Shown: positions 44,980-55,088 of the stretch, piece by piece
How positions within the stretch are numbered: the first letter of the stretch is position 1
Layout: every line of letters starts with the position of its first letter
Assembly: GCA_044220955.1 (NCBI GenBank)
Contig: JBGAQA010000007.1
Span: 47,391-111,390, forward strand
Length of the DNA stretch: 64,000 bases
Reading direction: 5' to 3'
Origin: Sandaracinaceae bacterium
Lineage (GTDB): Bacteria > Myxococcota_A > Polyangia > Polyangiales > Sandaracinaceae
Made by a program: the position numbers and the translations under genes
The notes under the pieces: model-generated
The model's database searches: none
Told to the model about the DNA's origin: nothing
Seen by the model: only the letters and a program-made list of their open reading frames with translations

Positions 44980-46064
44980 TCGAGGACGTGGTCGTCGTCG
45001 GTGCGGGGATCATGGGATCGGCGATCGCGCGAGCCCTCGCCGGCGCAGGGCGCTCGGTCCGGGTCCTCGAGAAGAGCATCCCGGGCGCCGAGGCTTCGAG
45101 CGTCGCGGCGGGGATCCTCGCGCCGATGGTCGAGCACGACGAGGGGCCGCTGCGCACGCTCGGGATCGCGAGCCGCGATGCCTATCGGGTGCTCGCCTCG
45201 GCGCTGGAGGAAGAGACGGGCCTCGACATCGGCTTTCTGCGCTCGGGCGTGCTCGCCATCCCGCGCGCGGATCGTTCGCCGGAACAGCTCGCCTTCGGCG
45301 CGCATGGGCAGTCCCTGACCGCAGCGGAAGCGCGGGAGCTCGAGCCGGCGCTCGCCGAGTCCGTTCATGGCGCGCTGCTCTTGCCGGACGAGGCGCAGGT
45401 CGACCCGCCGCGCGTGCTTCGCGCGCTGGTGCGCTCCGCGGAGTCCCGGGGCGCGCGCTTCACGAGCGGAGCGGCGGTGCGCGGCCTGACGAGGCAGGGA
45501 GATCGCATCATCGGTGTCGACACCGACCGGGGGATGGTGCCGGCCGGCGAGGTCGTCCTGGCGGCTGGCGCGTGGACGTCGCTCGTGCCGGGGCTGCCTC
45601 GCATCTTCGAGACCGCGATCCGGCCCGTGCGCGGCCAGCTCCTGCGCGCGGAGCTACGCGCGCCGATCGCGCGCCGGATCGTGTTCGCCGAGCACGCCTA
45701 CATCGTTCCACGCCCCGATGGACGCGTCGTCTGCGGGGCGACGATGGAGGACGTGGGCTTCACCAAGGAGGTCACTCTCGGTGCGGTGGGCTCGCTCGCG
45801 TCGCACGCCGTGAGCGTGATGCCGGGGCTGGCCGCAGCGCGCTTCGTCGAGGCCGACGTCAGCTTCCGCCCGGCGTCGATCGACGGGCTGCCGCTGATCG
45901 GACCGGCCGGCATCGACGGCCTCTGGCTCGCGACCGGCCATTTCCGGAACGGCATCCTGCTCGCGCCCGCGACCGCGGCGATGATCGCGGCGGGGATCAC
46001 GCACACGAAGTCACCGCACGACGCACGGCCATTCGATCCGCGCCGGCTCGGAGGTGGCACGTGA
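44976..46064 (+). CDS. thiO: Glycine oxidase ThiO-like FAD oxidoreductase
   Basis: GAGIMG, ASSVAAGIL, PVRGQ, YIVPR, GHFRNGILLAP. Confidence 0.8.
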   Translation: MIEDVVVVGAGIMGSAIARALAGAGRSVRVLEKSIPGAEASSVAAGILAPMVEHDEGPLRTLGIASRDAYRVLASALEEETGLDIGFLRSGVLAIPRADRSPEQLAFGAHGQSLTAAEARELEPALAESVHGALLLPDEAQVDPPRVLRALVRSAESRGARFTSGAAVRGLTRQGDRIIGVDTDRGMVPAGEVVLAAGAWTSLVPGLPRIFETAIRPVRGQLLRAELRAPIARRIVFAEHAYIVPRPDGRVVCGATMEDVGFTKEVTLGAVGSLASHAVSVMPGLAAARFVEADVSFRPASIDGLPLIGPAGIDGLWLATGHFRNGILLAPATAAMIAAGITHTKSPHDARPFDPRRLGGGT

Positions 46065-46924
46065 GCGAGATCGCCCCCGTCGAGACGCAGGTCGTCGCGA
46101 ACGGTCTGCGCCACCACGTGCTCGAGTGGAGCCGCGAGGGCGTGCGCGGCACCGTGCTCTGCTGCCACGGGTACCTGGACGTCGGCGCGAGCTGGCACCG
46201 GGTCGCACAGCACCTCGTGCGCGCGGGCCGTCGCGTCGTCGCGTTCGACTTCCGTGGGCACGGCGGGACGGAATGGGTGAAGGCGGGCGGCTACTACCAC
46301 TTCGCGGACTACGTGCTCGATCTCGCCGATCTCGCCGACGCGGTCGCGCCCGACGGGTTCGATCTCGTCGGGCACTCGATGGGCGGCACGGTCTCTGCCA
46401 TGTTCGCGGGGCTGCGGCCCCCCCGCCTCCGGCGCCTCGTGCTCGCGGAGGGGCTCGGCCCGCCGGAGTCGCCGCCCGAGCACCTGCCCGACCGCATCGC
46501 GGAGTGGATCCACGGCGTGCGGAAGGTGCGTTCGGCGGCGCCACGCCCGCTGGCCGATCTCGACGAGGCCGTACGCCGTCTCCGCAGCCAGCACACCGAG
46601 CTCGACGATCCGCTCGCGCGCTGGGTCGCCGAGCGGAGCACGAGGCGTGACGAGCAAGGGCGCCTCTTCTTCGCGTTCGACCCCCTGCACCGGACGCGCT
46701 CCCCACTCCCGTTTCGCGTCGATCAGTTCCGCGCCATGCTCTCGCGCATCGACGTGCCGACGCTCTACGTCGCCGGCGAGCAGGGATTCCGGATGGGCGA
46801 CGAGGTCAACCGCCTCTCGGCGCTCGCCCAGCTCACGCAGCGCGAGATCCCGGGCGTCGGGCACATGATGCACTGGCTGGCGCCGGAGGCGCTGGCGCGC
46901 GAGATCGTCGCGCACCTCGCCTGA
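46061..46924 (+). CDS. Alpha/beta hydrolase
   Basis: HGYLD, DFRGHG, GHSMGG, GHMMH. Confidence 0.92.
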   Translation: MSEIAPVETQVVANGLRHHVLEWSREGVRGTVLCCHGYLDVGASWHRVAQHLVRAGRRVVAFDFRGHGGTEWVKAGGYYHFADYVLDLADLADAVAPDGFDLVGHSMGGTVSAMFAGLRPPRLRRLVLAEGLGPPESPPEHLPDRIAEWIHGVRKVRSAAPRPLADLDEAVRRLRSQHTELDDPLARWVAERSTRRDEQGRLFFAFDPLHRTRSPLPFRVDQFRAMLSRIDVPTLYVAGEQGFRMGDEVNRLSALAQLTQREIPGVGHMMHWLAPEALAREIVAHLA

Positions 46925-46939
46925 CCCTGGACGGCCGAC

Positions 46940-47515
46940 GTGGACCCCATCCTGGACCCGCGCTGCCTGATGACCACGGAGGCGGTGATCGTCGACGGCG
47001 CCAACGGTGTCTGCCACGAGCCGCGGCTCCAGGCGAGACAGGCGCCCGGGGCGGCTGCCGTGTTCGCGCTCGCGATGACCCTCGGCGCGACGTCCTGGTT
47101 CGCGCGTACCCGAGTGCCCCTCGGCCTGCGTCGTGCGCTGCTCCTGGCGTCGCTCGTCCTCGCGTCGCTCCCGGGGCTCTGGGCGATCCTGGCGGTACGG
47201 GCGGACGCCCCCGCCACCGTCGACCGCAGCGCCCGACGCATCGCGCGGACCCACGACGAGGTCCGCGCCTTCGCCCAGGCGCGGGGCTGCGCGTGGATCC
47301 GCACCGAGAGCGCCGCGGCGGCCGAGCCCATCACGCGCCTGGCGACAGTGGATCTGCGCTGCGCGGATCCCGCTCCGATCGATCTCTTCGCCGACGCGCT
47401 GGAGTCGGGGTGCGTCGAGACCGGCGACGGCGCGCTCGCGTGCGGGACCGTGGACGACGACACCGCCCTGCCCGAGCAGGCGCTTCCTCCCCCCCTCCCG
47501 CTCGGGGGCCCGTGA
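46940..47515 (+). CDS. Hypothetical membrane protein with Cys-rich soluble parts
   Basis: Two hydrophobic helices; GTGA overlap with the next gene. Confidence 0.55.
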   Translation: MDPILDPRCLMTTEAVIVDGANGVCHEPRLQARQAPGAAAVFALAMTLGATSWFARTRVPLGLRRALLLASLVLASLPGLWAILAVRADAPATVDRSARRIARTHDEVRAFAQARGCAWIRTESAAAAEPITRLATVDLRCADPAPIDLFADALESGCVETGDGALACGTVDDDTALPEQALPPPLPLGGP

Positions 47516-48876
47516 GCGTGGTCCCGATCGGCGGCGCGCTCGTCGCGCTCTGCCTCGGCGCCGTCGGCGGCGGCGCGGTGCTCTTCCGGTCCGGAACGGG
47601 CGTGAGCGCGGCGGCGTTGCTGGTGCGCGCGCTGCTCGGGCTCGTGCTCCTCGCGGAGCTGGTGATCCACCCCGCCCTCGGAGCGGCGCTCGCGTTGCTG
47701 ATCGGCATCGCGACCTGGCGCGGACGCGGCGCCGCGGTGGTCCCGGACCGTGCGCCCGTCGCGACGCCCGCCTCGCTCGCGGCGATCCTCGTCGCTGGCG
47801 CCGCGGCGATCGTGCGACCTCCCGTGCCCATCTTCTGGGATGAGTCGGTGTGGCTCGCGAAGGCGCGCGTCGCGTGCGGAGGCGGCGCCCTCTTGATGCA
47901 GCGGGCGCTCGACCCGCAGTCCGAGCTCGCGCCGAGGGGATACCCGATCGTCGCGGCGGTGATCGAGGCGTGCCTCGCGCTGCGCGACCCGTCGCTGGCG
48001 TCGCTGGTCGGGGGAGGCTCGGCGCTCGTCCTCGCCACGCTGGCGCTCTATGCGCTGCTCCTGGGCCGCGCGGCGGCGAGCCCGTTCGAGGAGCGCGCGA
48101 CGCTGCTCGTGGTCGCATGCGCGCCGCTCGTCTGGTCCCACCTCCGCTCGGTCCAGCTGGATCTACCGGTCGGGCTGCTCGTGGGCGCGCTCGTGCTCGC
48201 CGTCGAGCGCGCGGACGCGGGCGATCGACTCGGGCTCCCGGCGGCCGTCACGTCTGCCCTCTTGCTCGGCATCAAGGACGAGGGGCTCGCGGGCGCGGCT
48301 GCCGTCGCGCTCGCGCTCGGGACGCGGGGCGCCTCTGCCCCGGCGCGCCGCGCCGCCTGGATCGCGTTCGCCTCGCTCGCCGCCTCCGTCGTGGTGTTCC
48401 GCCTGCGCCTGCACCTGGCGGGCAGCGCGAACGACGACCACTCGCTCGGAGCCTTCACGCCCCGCGCGATCTTGCCCGTCGTCCTCGACGCGCTGCGCGA
48501 CGCGAGCGATCTGCAGACCTGGGGCCTGATCCCGGCGATCGCGCTCGCGGCGTGCGTCGTCTGCGCGCGGCCGTCCACGCCCCGGCGGGCGCGGGTGCTC
48601 GCGGCCGTCCTCGGGCTGCACGCCCTGGGGCTCTTGTCCGCGATCGTCCTCGGACCCGAGCAGGTGCGCGACTTCGCGTTCGAGGGGACGCTGCTCGATC
48701 GTCTCGGCCTCGAGCTCCTGCCTACGGCGGCGCTGCTGATCCCGCGGCTGCTGCCGGAAGCACCTCGAACAGAGAGCACGGAGCCCCATCCGCATCCGGA
48801 TACGCGAAGAGCCAGCGAAAGCGATCCGGCCGGCTCCGCGCCAGCTCCGCCGACGAACGAAGGGGCGGCTCCGTGA
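47512..48876 (+). CDS. Polytopic membrane protein, GT-C-like glycosyltransferase
   Basis: Many TMs; IFWDESVWLAKAR, GYP and IKDEG motifs typical of ArnT/PMT-like proteins. Confidence 0.6.
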   Translation: MSVVPIGGALVALCLGAVGGGAVLFRSGTGVSAAALLVRALLGLVLLAELVIHPALGAALALLIGIATWRGRGAAVVPDRAPVATPASLAAILVAGAAAIVRPPVPIFWDESVWLAKARVACGGGALLMQRALDPQSELAPRGYPIVAAVIEACLALRDPSLASLVGGGSALVLATLALYALLLGRAAASPFEERATLLVVACAPLVWSHLRSVQLDLPVGLLVGALVLAVERADAGDRLGLPAAVTSALLLGIKDEGLAGAAAVALALGTRGASAPARRAAWIAFASLAASVVVFRLRLHLAGSANDDHSLGAFTPRAILPVVLDALRDASDLQTWGLIPAIALAACVVCARPSTPRRARVLAAVLGLHALGLLSAIVLGPEQVRDFAFEGTLLDRLGLELLPTAALLIPRLLPEAPRTESTEPHPHPDTRRASESDPAGSAPAPPTNEGAAP

Positions 48877-50596
48877 GCACGACGACGCGGGCGTGCTGCG
48901 CGTCGGCCAGCGCGACGAGCTCGTCCGCCGTGTCGGGGTCGTCCTCGATGAAGACGACACGCCCGCGTCCGTCGAGCGGATAGAGCCGGCCCGCGAGCCC
49001 GAAGCCGCCGTCGTAGAGCACGGACTCGCCGCGGCGGACCAGGGCGCGCGCGTCCGCGAATCGGGCCTCGTAGTCGTCGAGGCCGAAGGCTCGCTCGCGG
49101 GCGTCGGCGCTCATCGCCGCCAGCGACGGGAGCGAGGGGCCGTCGAGCGCATACCCCGGCACGGCGAGCACGAGGCCGGCGGCCGCGGCCAGGGTCGCGA
49201 AGCCGTCGCCGAGCGCGCGCACCCGCAGAGGCAGCGCCTCGCTCGCGGCGAGCGCGAGCACCAGCAGCGATGCGGGCAGCGCGAGCGTGTAGCGCGCCCA
49301 GTAGGCCCCGGGCGAGGCGAGCGTCGCGAGCGCGAGGAGCACGACCCCGAGGGCGACGACACGCGCGTGGGCGCGGAAGCGCTCGGACCGGAGCGCTGCG
49401 ACCGCGGTCGCGATGGCGGCTGGCACCAGGACGAGCGCGAAGAGGGGACCGAACCCGCCGACGCGCATGTCGTACACGTATCGATCCGGAAAGACGGTCG
49501 TCCACGACTCGAACAGGCGTGCGAGCCAGCCGTCGTCCCGCATCGGCGGCCGCAGCCCCATGCTCGCGAGCTCGTCCATGGTGGCGAGCCCAGGGACACG
49601 GATCGGACCGAGGGAGAGCCGAACCGGCCAGATCGGGTTGCCGTGGAGCGCCAGGTTCTCCACGTACTTCCACGAGCCGATCGCGAGCGCCGCGCCGACC
49701 GCGAGCACGGCCTCGCCCGTGCGCGAGCGGCGATACGCACGCGTGAGCACCACGGAGAAGGCGAGCGCGACCAGCGGCGGGGCCGACGGCTTGGTCCCCA
49801 GGGCGAGGCCCGCCGCGATCGCGAAGAGCGCGAGCGAGCGCGGCTCGATGGGCCCGGTCGCGTACACGAACGTCGCGACGGCCAGCGCCGCGTACATGAC
49901 GTCCACGTAATTCGCGGCGAGCTGCAGCGCGACCGCCGGCAGCGCGAGCACCAGCATCCCGATCGCGAGCGCCCGCGGCGTAGGGACGGCGGCACGCCGC
50001 GCCCAGAGCGCGATGGAGAGCACCAGCAGCGGCGCATAGCCGAGCTGCGCGAGCTCGACGAAGGTCCCGTCGAGGAGCGAGAGCCGGAAGCCGATCAGGA
50101 AGACGTCGCCGAGGTGCGGATAGCAGTTGACGTAGGGCGCGCTCGACGCGATCGGGCGCATCGTGCCCTCGGTGATCGCGTCGAGCGCGAAGGGCAGGTG
50201 GTAGCCGAGGCCATCCCAGGCCCACGGGACGAGCAGGTAAGCGGCCGTCGCCGCGAGCGTCACCGACCCGAGCCCCACCAGAGACGCCGCCAGCCAGGCG
50301 GGGCGCCGCGCGATCCCGACCAGCGTCTCGCGCAGCGCCGTCAGGTCGTCCTCGAGGATGGCGCGCCCATCGTCCCCCGCGAGCGCGAGGGCCCCGAGCA
50401 GGAGCGCACCGGCGCCCACCAGGAACGGGATGGGCGCGATCCATCCGAGCGGTGAGAGCAGCTCGACGAGGCCCACGACCAGCGCAGGGAACAGCAGCGC
50501 CGCGGCTGCGGCCCGCTCGAGCGCGGAGCGGTCGGCGAGCAGGCGGGTGACCGCGAGCAGCGCGGATCCCGCGAGGAGAACGAGCGCGGCGAGCAC
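48722..50596 (-). CDS. Polytopic membrane protein, GT-C-like glycosyltransferase
   Basis: WDGLGYHLP, CYP, NYVD, GTKP, N...GNPIWP; C-terminal soluble domain; GTG start at 50596. Confidence 0.65.
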   Translation of the reverse strand: MLAALVLLAGSALLAVTRLLADRSALERAAAAALLFPALVVGLVELLSPLGWIAPIPFLVGAGALLLGALALAGDDGRAILEDDLTALRETLVGIARRPAWLAASLVGLGSVTLAATAAYLLVPWAWDGLGYHLPFALDAITEGTMRPIASSAPYVNCYPHLGDVFLIGFRLSLLDGTFVELAQLGYAPLLVLSIALWARRAAVPTPRALAIGMLVLALPAVALQLAANYVDVMYAALAVATFVYATGPIEPRSLALFAIAAGLALGTKPSAPPLVALAFSVVLTRAYRRSRTGEAVLAVGAALAIGSWKYVENLALHGNPIWPVRLSLGPIRVPGLATMDELASMGLRPPMRDDGWLARLFESWTTVFPDRYVYDMRVGGFGPLFALVLVPAAIATAVAALRSERFRAHARVVALGVVLLALATLASPGAYWARYTLALPASLLVLALAASEALPLRVRALGDGFATLAAAAGLVLAVPGYALDGPSLPSLAAMSADARERAFGLDDYEARFADARALVRRGESVLYDGGFGLAGRLYPLDGRGRVVFIEDDPDTADELVALADAQHARVVVLTEPPLRSSAELARSRPDRFRWLFAYPDADGAPCSLFEVLPAAAAGSAAPP

Positions 50597-50683
50597 GGCG
50601 CGCGAGTATAACGACTCGGGCCTGACCGGATCAGATCCTGACGATCCCTGGGAATGAGGGGTCGATCCGGGCCACGTGCGAAG

Positions 50684-52606
50684 ATGACCGGCCCGATGGC
50701 TCTCGTTCCTCGTCAGGATCACGATCCGCGCGTCCGCACCGCGGCGCTCGGGCTCGCCGTCGGCGTCCCGCTGGCCGCGTACCTCGCGACCGCGTCGGGC
50801 TCGAGCTACTGGCTGGACGCCGGCGAGCTCACCGCGGCGGCGGTCGATCTCGACGTGGCCCATCCGCCCGGGCATCCGCTCGCGTCGCTCGTCGGTCATG
50901 CACTGACGCTCGTCCCGCTCGGGCCGCTCGCGTTTCGCGTCGCGTTCGCGCAGGCGCTCTGCGCGGCGCTGGCCGCGGGCTTCCTGTACTCGGCGATCGA
51001 CACGACCGTGCGCTCGCTCGGCGTGCGCCACGACCGCCTCGTGGTGCCGATGGCGCTCGGGGCGAGCTGGCTCGCGGCGGGCTCGTACGGGTGGTGGCTC
51101 CAGGCGGTCCGTCCCGAGGTGTACGCGCTCGAGGCGCTCCTGATCTGCATCACCGTCGAGCGCATCGTCGCGCTCGAGGCCTCGTGGCCGACACGCGATC
51201 TCTCACCGCTGCCGGCGGCGACGCTCGCGCTCGGGCTCTCGCTCGCGAACCACCACTTCACGGGGTTCCTCTGCTTTCCCGCCCTCGCGCCCACCCTCGC
51301 GCGCGTCTACCGGGCCCGCGGCCTGCGTCCGCTCGCCACGTCGCTGGCGATGATCGGCGCGGGGCTCTGTACCTATCTGTATCTCCCGATCCGGGCGGCG
51401 ACCTCGCCTCCGATGAACCTCGGCAACCCGACGAGCCTCGCGCGCATCTACTGGGTCGTCTCCGCGCAGGCCTACCAGGGCTCCCACGCGCTGCAGCCCG
51501 AGCCGCTGGCAGACCGCTTCTTCGACGTGACGCTCTCGCTCGTGGACAGCCTGCACGTCGGTCCGGTGCTGCTCGCTCTCGCGGGCGGGTACGCGCTCTT
51601 GCGCGCGCCGGGCGCGGCGCGCATCGGGTACGTGTGGATCTCGCTCGTGCTCTTCTCGTTCGTCGGGCGCGCCTGGCTCGGGTTCGTCCGCGGCAATCCT
51701 GACGCGCTCGGGTACGTGATGCCCGCGATGGCGGGTGTCGCGGCGCTGGCGGTGTCGCTCGTCGCGGCGATCGTCGCGCTGCTCGGAGATCGCGGTCCGA
51801 GGGCGGGCAAGAAGCAGCGCGCGCCGGGGGCCGGGCTGGCGATCGTCGCGCTCGCGGTGGCGATGCTGGGCGCGATGCAGCTGGTGACGAGCCGCGCCCG
51901 GGCCTCGCTCGCGACGTTCCACGCCACCGACGATCTCGACGAGCTTCGCGTGCGCTCGCTGCCACCCTCGGCGGTGGTCCTCGTGTACGCGCCCCAGACG
52001 GCCTTCCGCTTCTTCGAGCTCGAGGCGACCGAGCGCGCGCGTCCCGACGTGACGCTCGTCCCGATGCCCTTCCTCGGCTACCCCGGGGTCATCGACGCGC
52101 TCGTCGCGCGCGCGCCCGACCTGGCGGGCGTTCTCCGCAGCGAGCTGCTCGACGGCGAGCCCTCCGCTTCCGAGCTGCAGAGCCTCGCGTCCCGGCGGCC
52201 CGTGCTCGTCGAGCTCGACGTGCGGGTCCCGATCTCGCTGCACGAGACGCTGCTGCCGGACCGCATCTTCTACTCGGTCGAGCCGGCCGGAACGACGGAC
52301 GTGGACGTCCGCGAGGCGGCGCGGCGGCGGGCGGAGACGCTCGACAGGCTGCGCTCGACCTTGGGGGCCAGCGAGGCCGACACCGAGACGCGCGAGCAGT
52401 TGATCTGGATACACTACGACGACGCGCTCTATGCAGCCTCGGTCGGCGAGCTCGACGCCGCGAGGATCTCGCTCTCCCGAGCGCTCGCGCTCGCGCCCAC
52501 GGCGCGCGAGCTCGTCCTGCTACGCGACGCGCTCGCCGATCCTTCCGTCCGCGGACCGATCGACGTGAGACCCTTCACGGTGGGGCAAGACTCGCTCGCG
52601 CCGTGA
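50684..52606 (+). CDS. DUF2723 / TMEM260-like membrane glycosyltransferase
   Basis: WLDAGEL, AHPPGHPL, RPEVYAL, LANH, YLYLPIRA, GNP; C-terminal TPR-like helices; start uncertain (50654/50684/50696). Confidence 0.8.
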   Translation: MTGPMALVPRQDHDPRVRTAALGLAVGVPLAAYLATASGSSYWLDAGELTAAAVDLDVAHPPGHPLASLVGHALTLVPLGPLAFRVAFAQALCAALAAGFLYSAIDTTVRSLGVRHDRLVVPMALGASWLAAGSYGWWLQAVRPEVYALEALLICITVERIVALEASWPTRDLSPLPAATLALGLSLANHHFTGFLCFPALAPTLARVYRARGLRPLATSLAMIGAGLCTYLYLPIRAATSPPMNLGNPTSLARIYWVVSAQAYQGSHALQPEPLADRFFDVTLSLVDSLHVGPVLLALAGGYALLRAPGAARIGYVWISLVLFSFVGRAWLGFVRGNPDALGYVMPAMAGVAALAVSLVAAIVALLGDRGPRAGKKQRAPGAGLAIVALAVAMLGAMQLVTSRARASLATFHATDDLDELRVRSLPPSAVVLVYAPQTAFRFFELEATERARPDVTLVPMPFLGYPGVIDALVARAPDLAGVLRSELLDGEPSASELQSLASRRPVLVELDVRVPISLHETLLPDRIFYSVEPAGTTDVDVREAARRRAETLDRLRSTLGASEADTETREQLIWIHYDDALYAASVGELDAARISLSRALALAPTARELVLLRDALADPSVRGPIDVRPFTVGQDSLAP

Positions 52607-52633
52607 ACCCCCGGTGCGTAGAATCGCGGGCAG

Positions 52634-53446
52634 ATGGACTACGAGGTGCACCCCCAGAGCGAGCCCGTCACCGACGCGGACTCGGCGCCGGCGCGGCGGA
52701 CCGGGCCCTTCGTCGTCGAGCCCGGTGTCCTGGTGCGGGACGTCGTGTTCCACGTACCGGGCGCCTCCCGCGCGATGGAGCGCTTCCGGCTCGACTACTG
52801 CTGCGGCGGGAGCAAGACGCTGACGGCGATCTGCGCCGAGTCGCGCGTCGACGTGGCCGCGCTGATGGCTGCGCTCGAGGAAGAAAAGGCCAAGGGCGGC
52901 GAGACCGATCAGGAGCTGCTCGAGATCCCGCTGACCGAGCTGCTCGCCCGGATCGTCGGCGAGCACCACGAGCTCTCCCGCAGGGAAGGACCGCGTCTGG
53001 TCGCGCTCGCCGAGAGGGCCCGCGATGCCCACGGGACCTCCATCCCGGAGCTCGGCGCGATCGCCAAGGACACCGCGCTGCTCTTCGGCGACCTCGTGCC
53101 CCACCTGCGACAGGAGGAGCGCGTGCTCTTTCCGTACGTGGAACAGCTCGAGATCGCGGGGCGTGACGGAAAGCCGGCACCCGTGGCCCTCTTCGCCACG
53201 ATCCGGCACGTCATCGTCGAGATGGAGCACGAGCACGAGGACGTGGAGCAGGTGATGGCACGCCTCCGGGCGCTCTCGCGCGACTTCGCGATCACCGACG
53301 CGACGCCGGCCGAGGTGCGCGCGCTCTACGAGGGGCTCGAGGCGCACGAGCGAGATCTCGTGCGTCACATGCACCTCGAGGGCAACGTCGTCTTCCCGCG
53401 GGCCGAGCGGCTCGAGACCAAGCTGCGACGCGGCGCGCGTCCCTGA
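52634..53446 (+). CDS. ric: Iron-sulfur cluster repair di-iron protein (RIC/YtfE/ScdA)
   Basis: LDYCCGG, HH, HLRQEERVLFP, EHE, HMHLEGNVVFP. Confidence 0.9.
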   Translation: MDYEVHPQSEPVTDADSAPARRTGPFVVEPGVLVRDVVFHVPGASRAMERFRLDYCCGGSKTLTAICAESRVDVAALMAALEEEKAKGGETDQELLEIPLTELLARIVGEHHELSRREGPRLVALAERARDAHGTSIPELGAIAKDTALLFGDLVPHLRQEERVLFPYVEQLEIAGRDGKPAPVALFATIRHVIVEMEHEHEDVEQVMARLRALSRDFAITDATPAEVRALYEGLEAHERDLVRHMHLEGNVVFPRAERLETKLRRGARP

Positions 53447-53448
53447 GG

Positions 53449-55080
53449 GTGGGCGTCGTGGGCTCGCGCTCGATCGCGCTCCTCGCGCTGACGTGCCTCG
53501 TCGCCGCGTGCGGCGAGCCGCCACCCACGCCTTCGTCCGCGCCGACTCCGCTGCAGGTGGACCGCAGCGCCGGCGAGCGCCCGGCCGAGACGCTCGCGGA
53601 GCTCTCGCTCGACGGCGGCGACGCCGCGCTGGGCGCGCTCGTGGGACAGCTGCCCCCCGGCACGATGCGCGCCGCGCTGCCGGCGCGGATCTCGACCGCG
53701 CTCGATGGGCTCATCGAGACGCCGCCGGCGGTCCTCGGGCGGGTGGCGGCCGACTCGCCGCTTCGCCTGCTCATGGCGCACATCGACGGCGAGGTGCGCT
53801 CCGCCGTCGCCGTCCGTCTGGACGAGCCCGTCCCCGCGGCCGACCGACGCCCGGGGGGACCGCGTGGCGCATGGCTCGTGGGGCAGAGCGCGGCGGTCGA
53901 CGACCGCGTCGCCGTCGTGGCCGACGACGCGGCGATGCTCGAGCGCGTGTTCGGCTACCTCGCCTACGGCGCGCTCGAGCGCGCAGAGGACGAGGGCGTG
54001 GTCGTCGTCCGCGTGCCCTCGAGCACGATCGCGACGACCTTGCGTCCTGGCTTCGAGCGGATGGTGCAGGAGAGACGAGCGAGCGTGCTGGCCTCGGTCG
54101 CCGCAGCCCGCGCCGCGCACGATCGCCCGCCGGACGTCGGCGATCCCGAGGCGCTGGTGGGGCTCGTCGCGGACGCGCTGCTCGCGCGGATCGGGTACCT
54201 GCCGGACCTCGGTGACGCGACCATCACGCTGCGTCCGACCCCCTCGGGCCTCGCGCTCGCGATGCAGGCCGCGATCACGTCGTCGAGCCCGCTGGCAGGG
54301 GCGCTCGAGGGTCGCGTGCCGGTCGCGGCCTCCCTGATCTCCGCGATGCCCGCCTCGTCGGCCGTGGTCATCGCCACCGGCACCACGGCGGCGGCGCGCG
54401 CCGAGACCCAGGGCGAGCTCGCCGAGGCGCTGATCGGCTTCGGCGCCGAGCGCGTGTCCGCGACCGAGCGGGCGGGGCTCGCGCGCGCGTCGTCGGCCGT
54501 GGCCTCGATACGCGGCGACCAGAGCGCGCTGGCCGTCGGAGCGAGCGACGCGAACGGGCTCTTCGCGATCGGACTGACGCGCGCGGGCTCGAGCGCGCCC
54601 GCGCCGATGCCTTGGGGCCGAGCGTATCCGTGGACGAGCGCGCTCGTCGGGGCGCTGGTGGGTTGCGTGCCGCGCGCTCCGGTCGCGACCCTGTGCGAGG
54701 GCGTCTCGCTCGCGACGAGCGATGGCGAGGGCGTCCGCGCCGACGCGATCGGTCGCGGGGCCGCGGAGCTCGCCGAGTCGAGCCGCACCTCGCTCGCGCG
54801 GGAGACGGTCGCCGCGAGCCCCGATCTGGCGCGCGACCTCGCCGCTCTTCCCGGGGGCGCGATCGCGATCGCGATGGTGCGGCCGCTGCGCGCGCTGCCG
54901 ATGATGGCGGCCTTGGGCGGGCCGCCGCCCACCGGGCTGCCACGCGGCGACGGAGCGGTCCTGCTGGCGCTCGCGCACGACGAGGGCGTGCTGCGGGTGG
55001 TGCTCCGCGCGAGCACGTCGTCCCTGGCGGATCTCGACGTCGTCGTGCGGCTGTTCGCCGAAGACGCGGACTCGGAGTAA
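53449..55080 (+). CDS. Hypothetical lipoprotein
   Basis: VAAC lipobox; long ORF with GC3 bias. Confidence 0.65.
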   Translation: MGVVGSRSIALLALTCLVAACGEPPPTPSSAPTPLQVDRSAGERPAETLAELSLDGGDAALGALVGQLPPGTMRAALPARISTALDGLIETPPAVLGRVAADSPLRLLMAHIDGEVRSAVAVRLDEPVPAADRRPGGPRGAWLVGQSAAVDDRVAVVADDAAMLERVFGYLAYGALERAEDEGVVVVRVPSSTIATTLRPGFERMVQERRASVLASVAAARAAHDRPPDVGDPEALVGLVADALLARIGYLPDLGDATITLRPTPSGLALAMQAAITSSSPLAGALEGRVPVAASLISAMPASSAVVIATGTTAAARAETQGELAEALIGFGAERVSATERAGLARASSAVASIRGDQSALAVGASDANGLFAIGLTRAGSSAPAPMPWGRAYPWTSALVGALVGCVPRAPVATLCEGVSLATSDGEGVRADAIGRGAAELAESSRTSLARETVAASPDLARDLAALPGGAIAIAMVRPLRALPMMAALGGPPPTGLPRGDGAVLLALAHDEGVLRVVLRASTSSLADLDVVVRLFAEDADSE

Positions 55081-55088
55081 AGAGGCGC

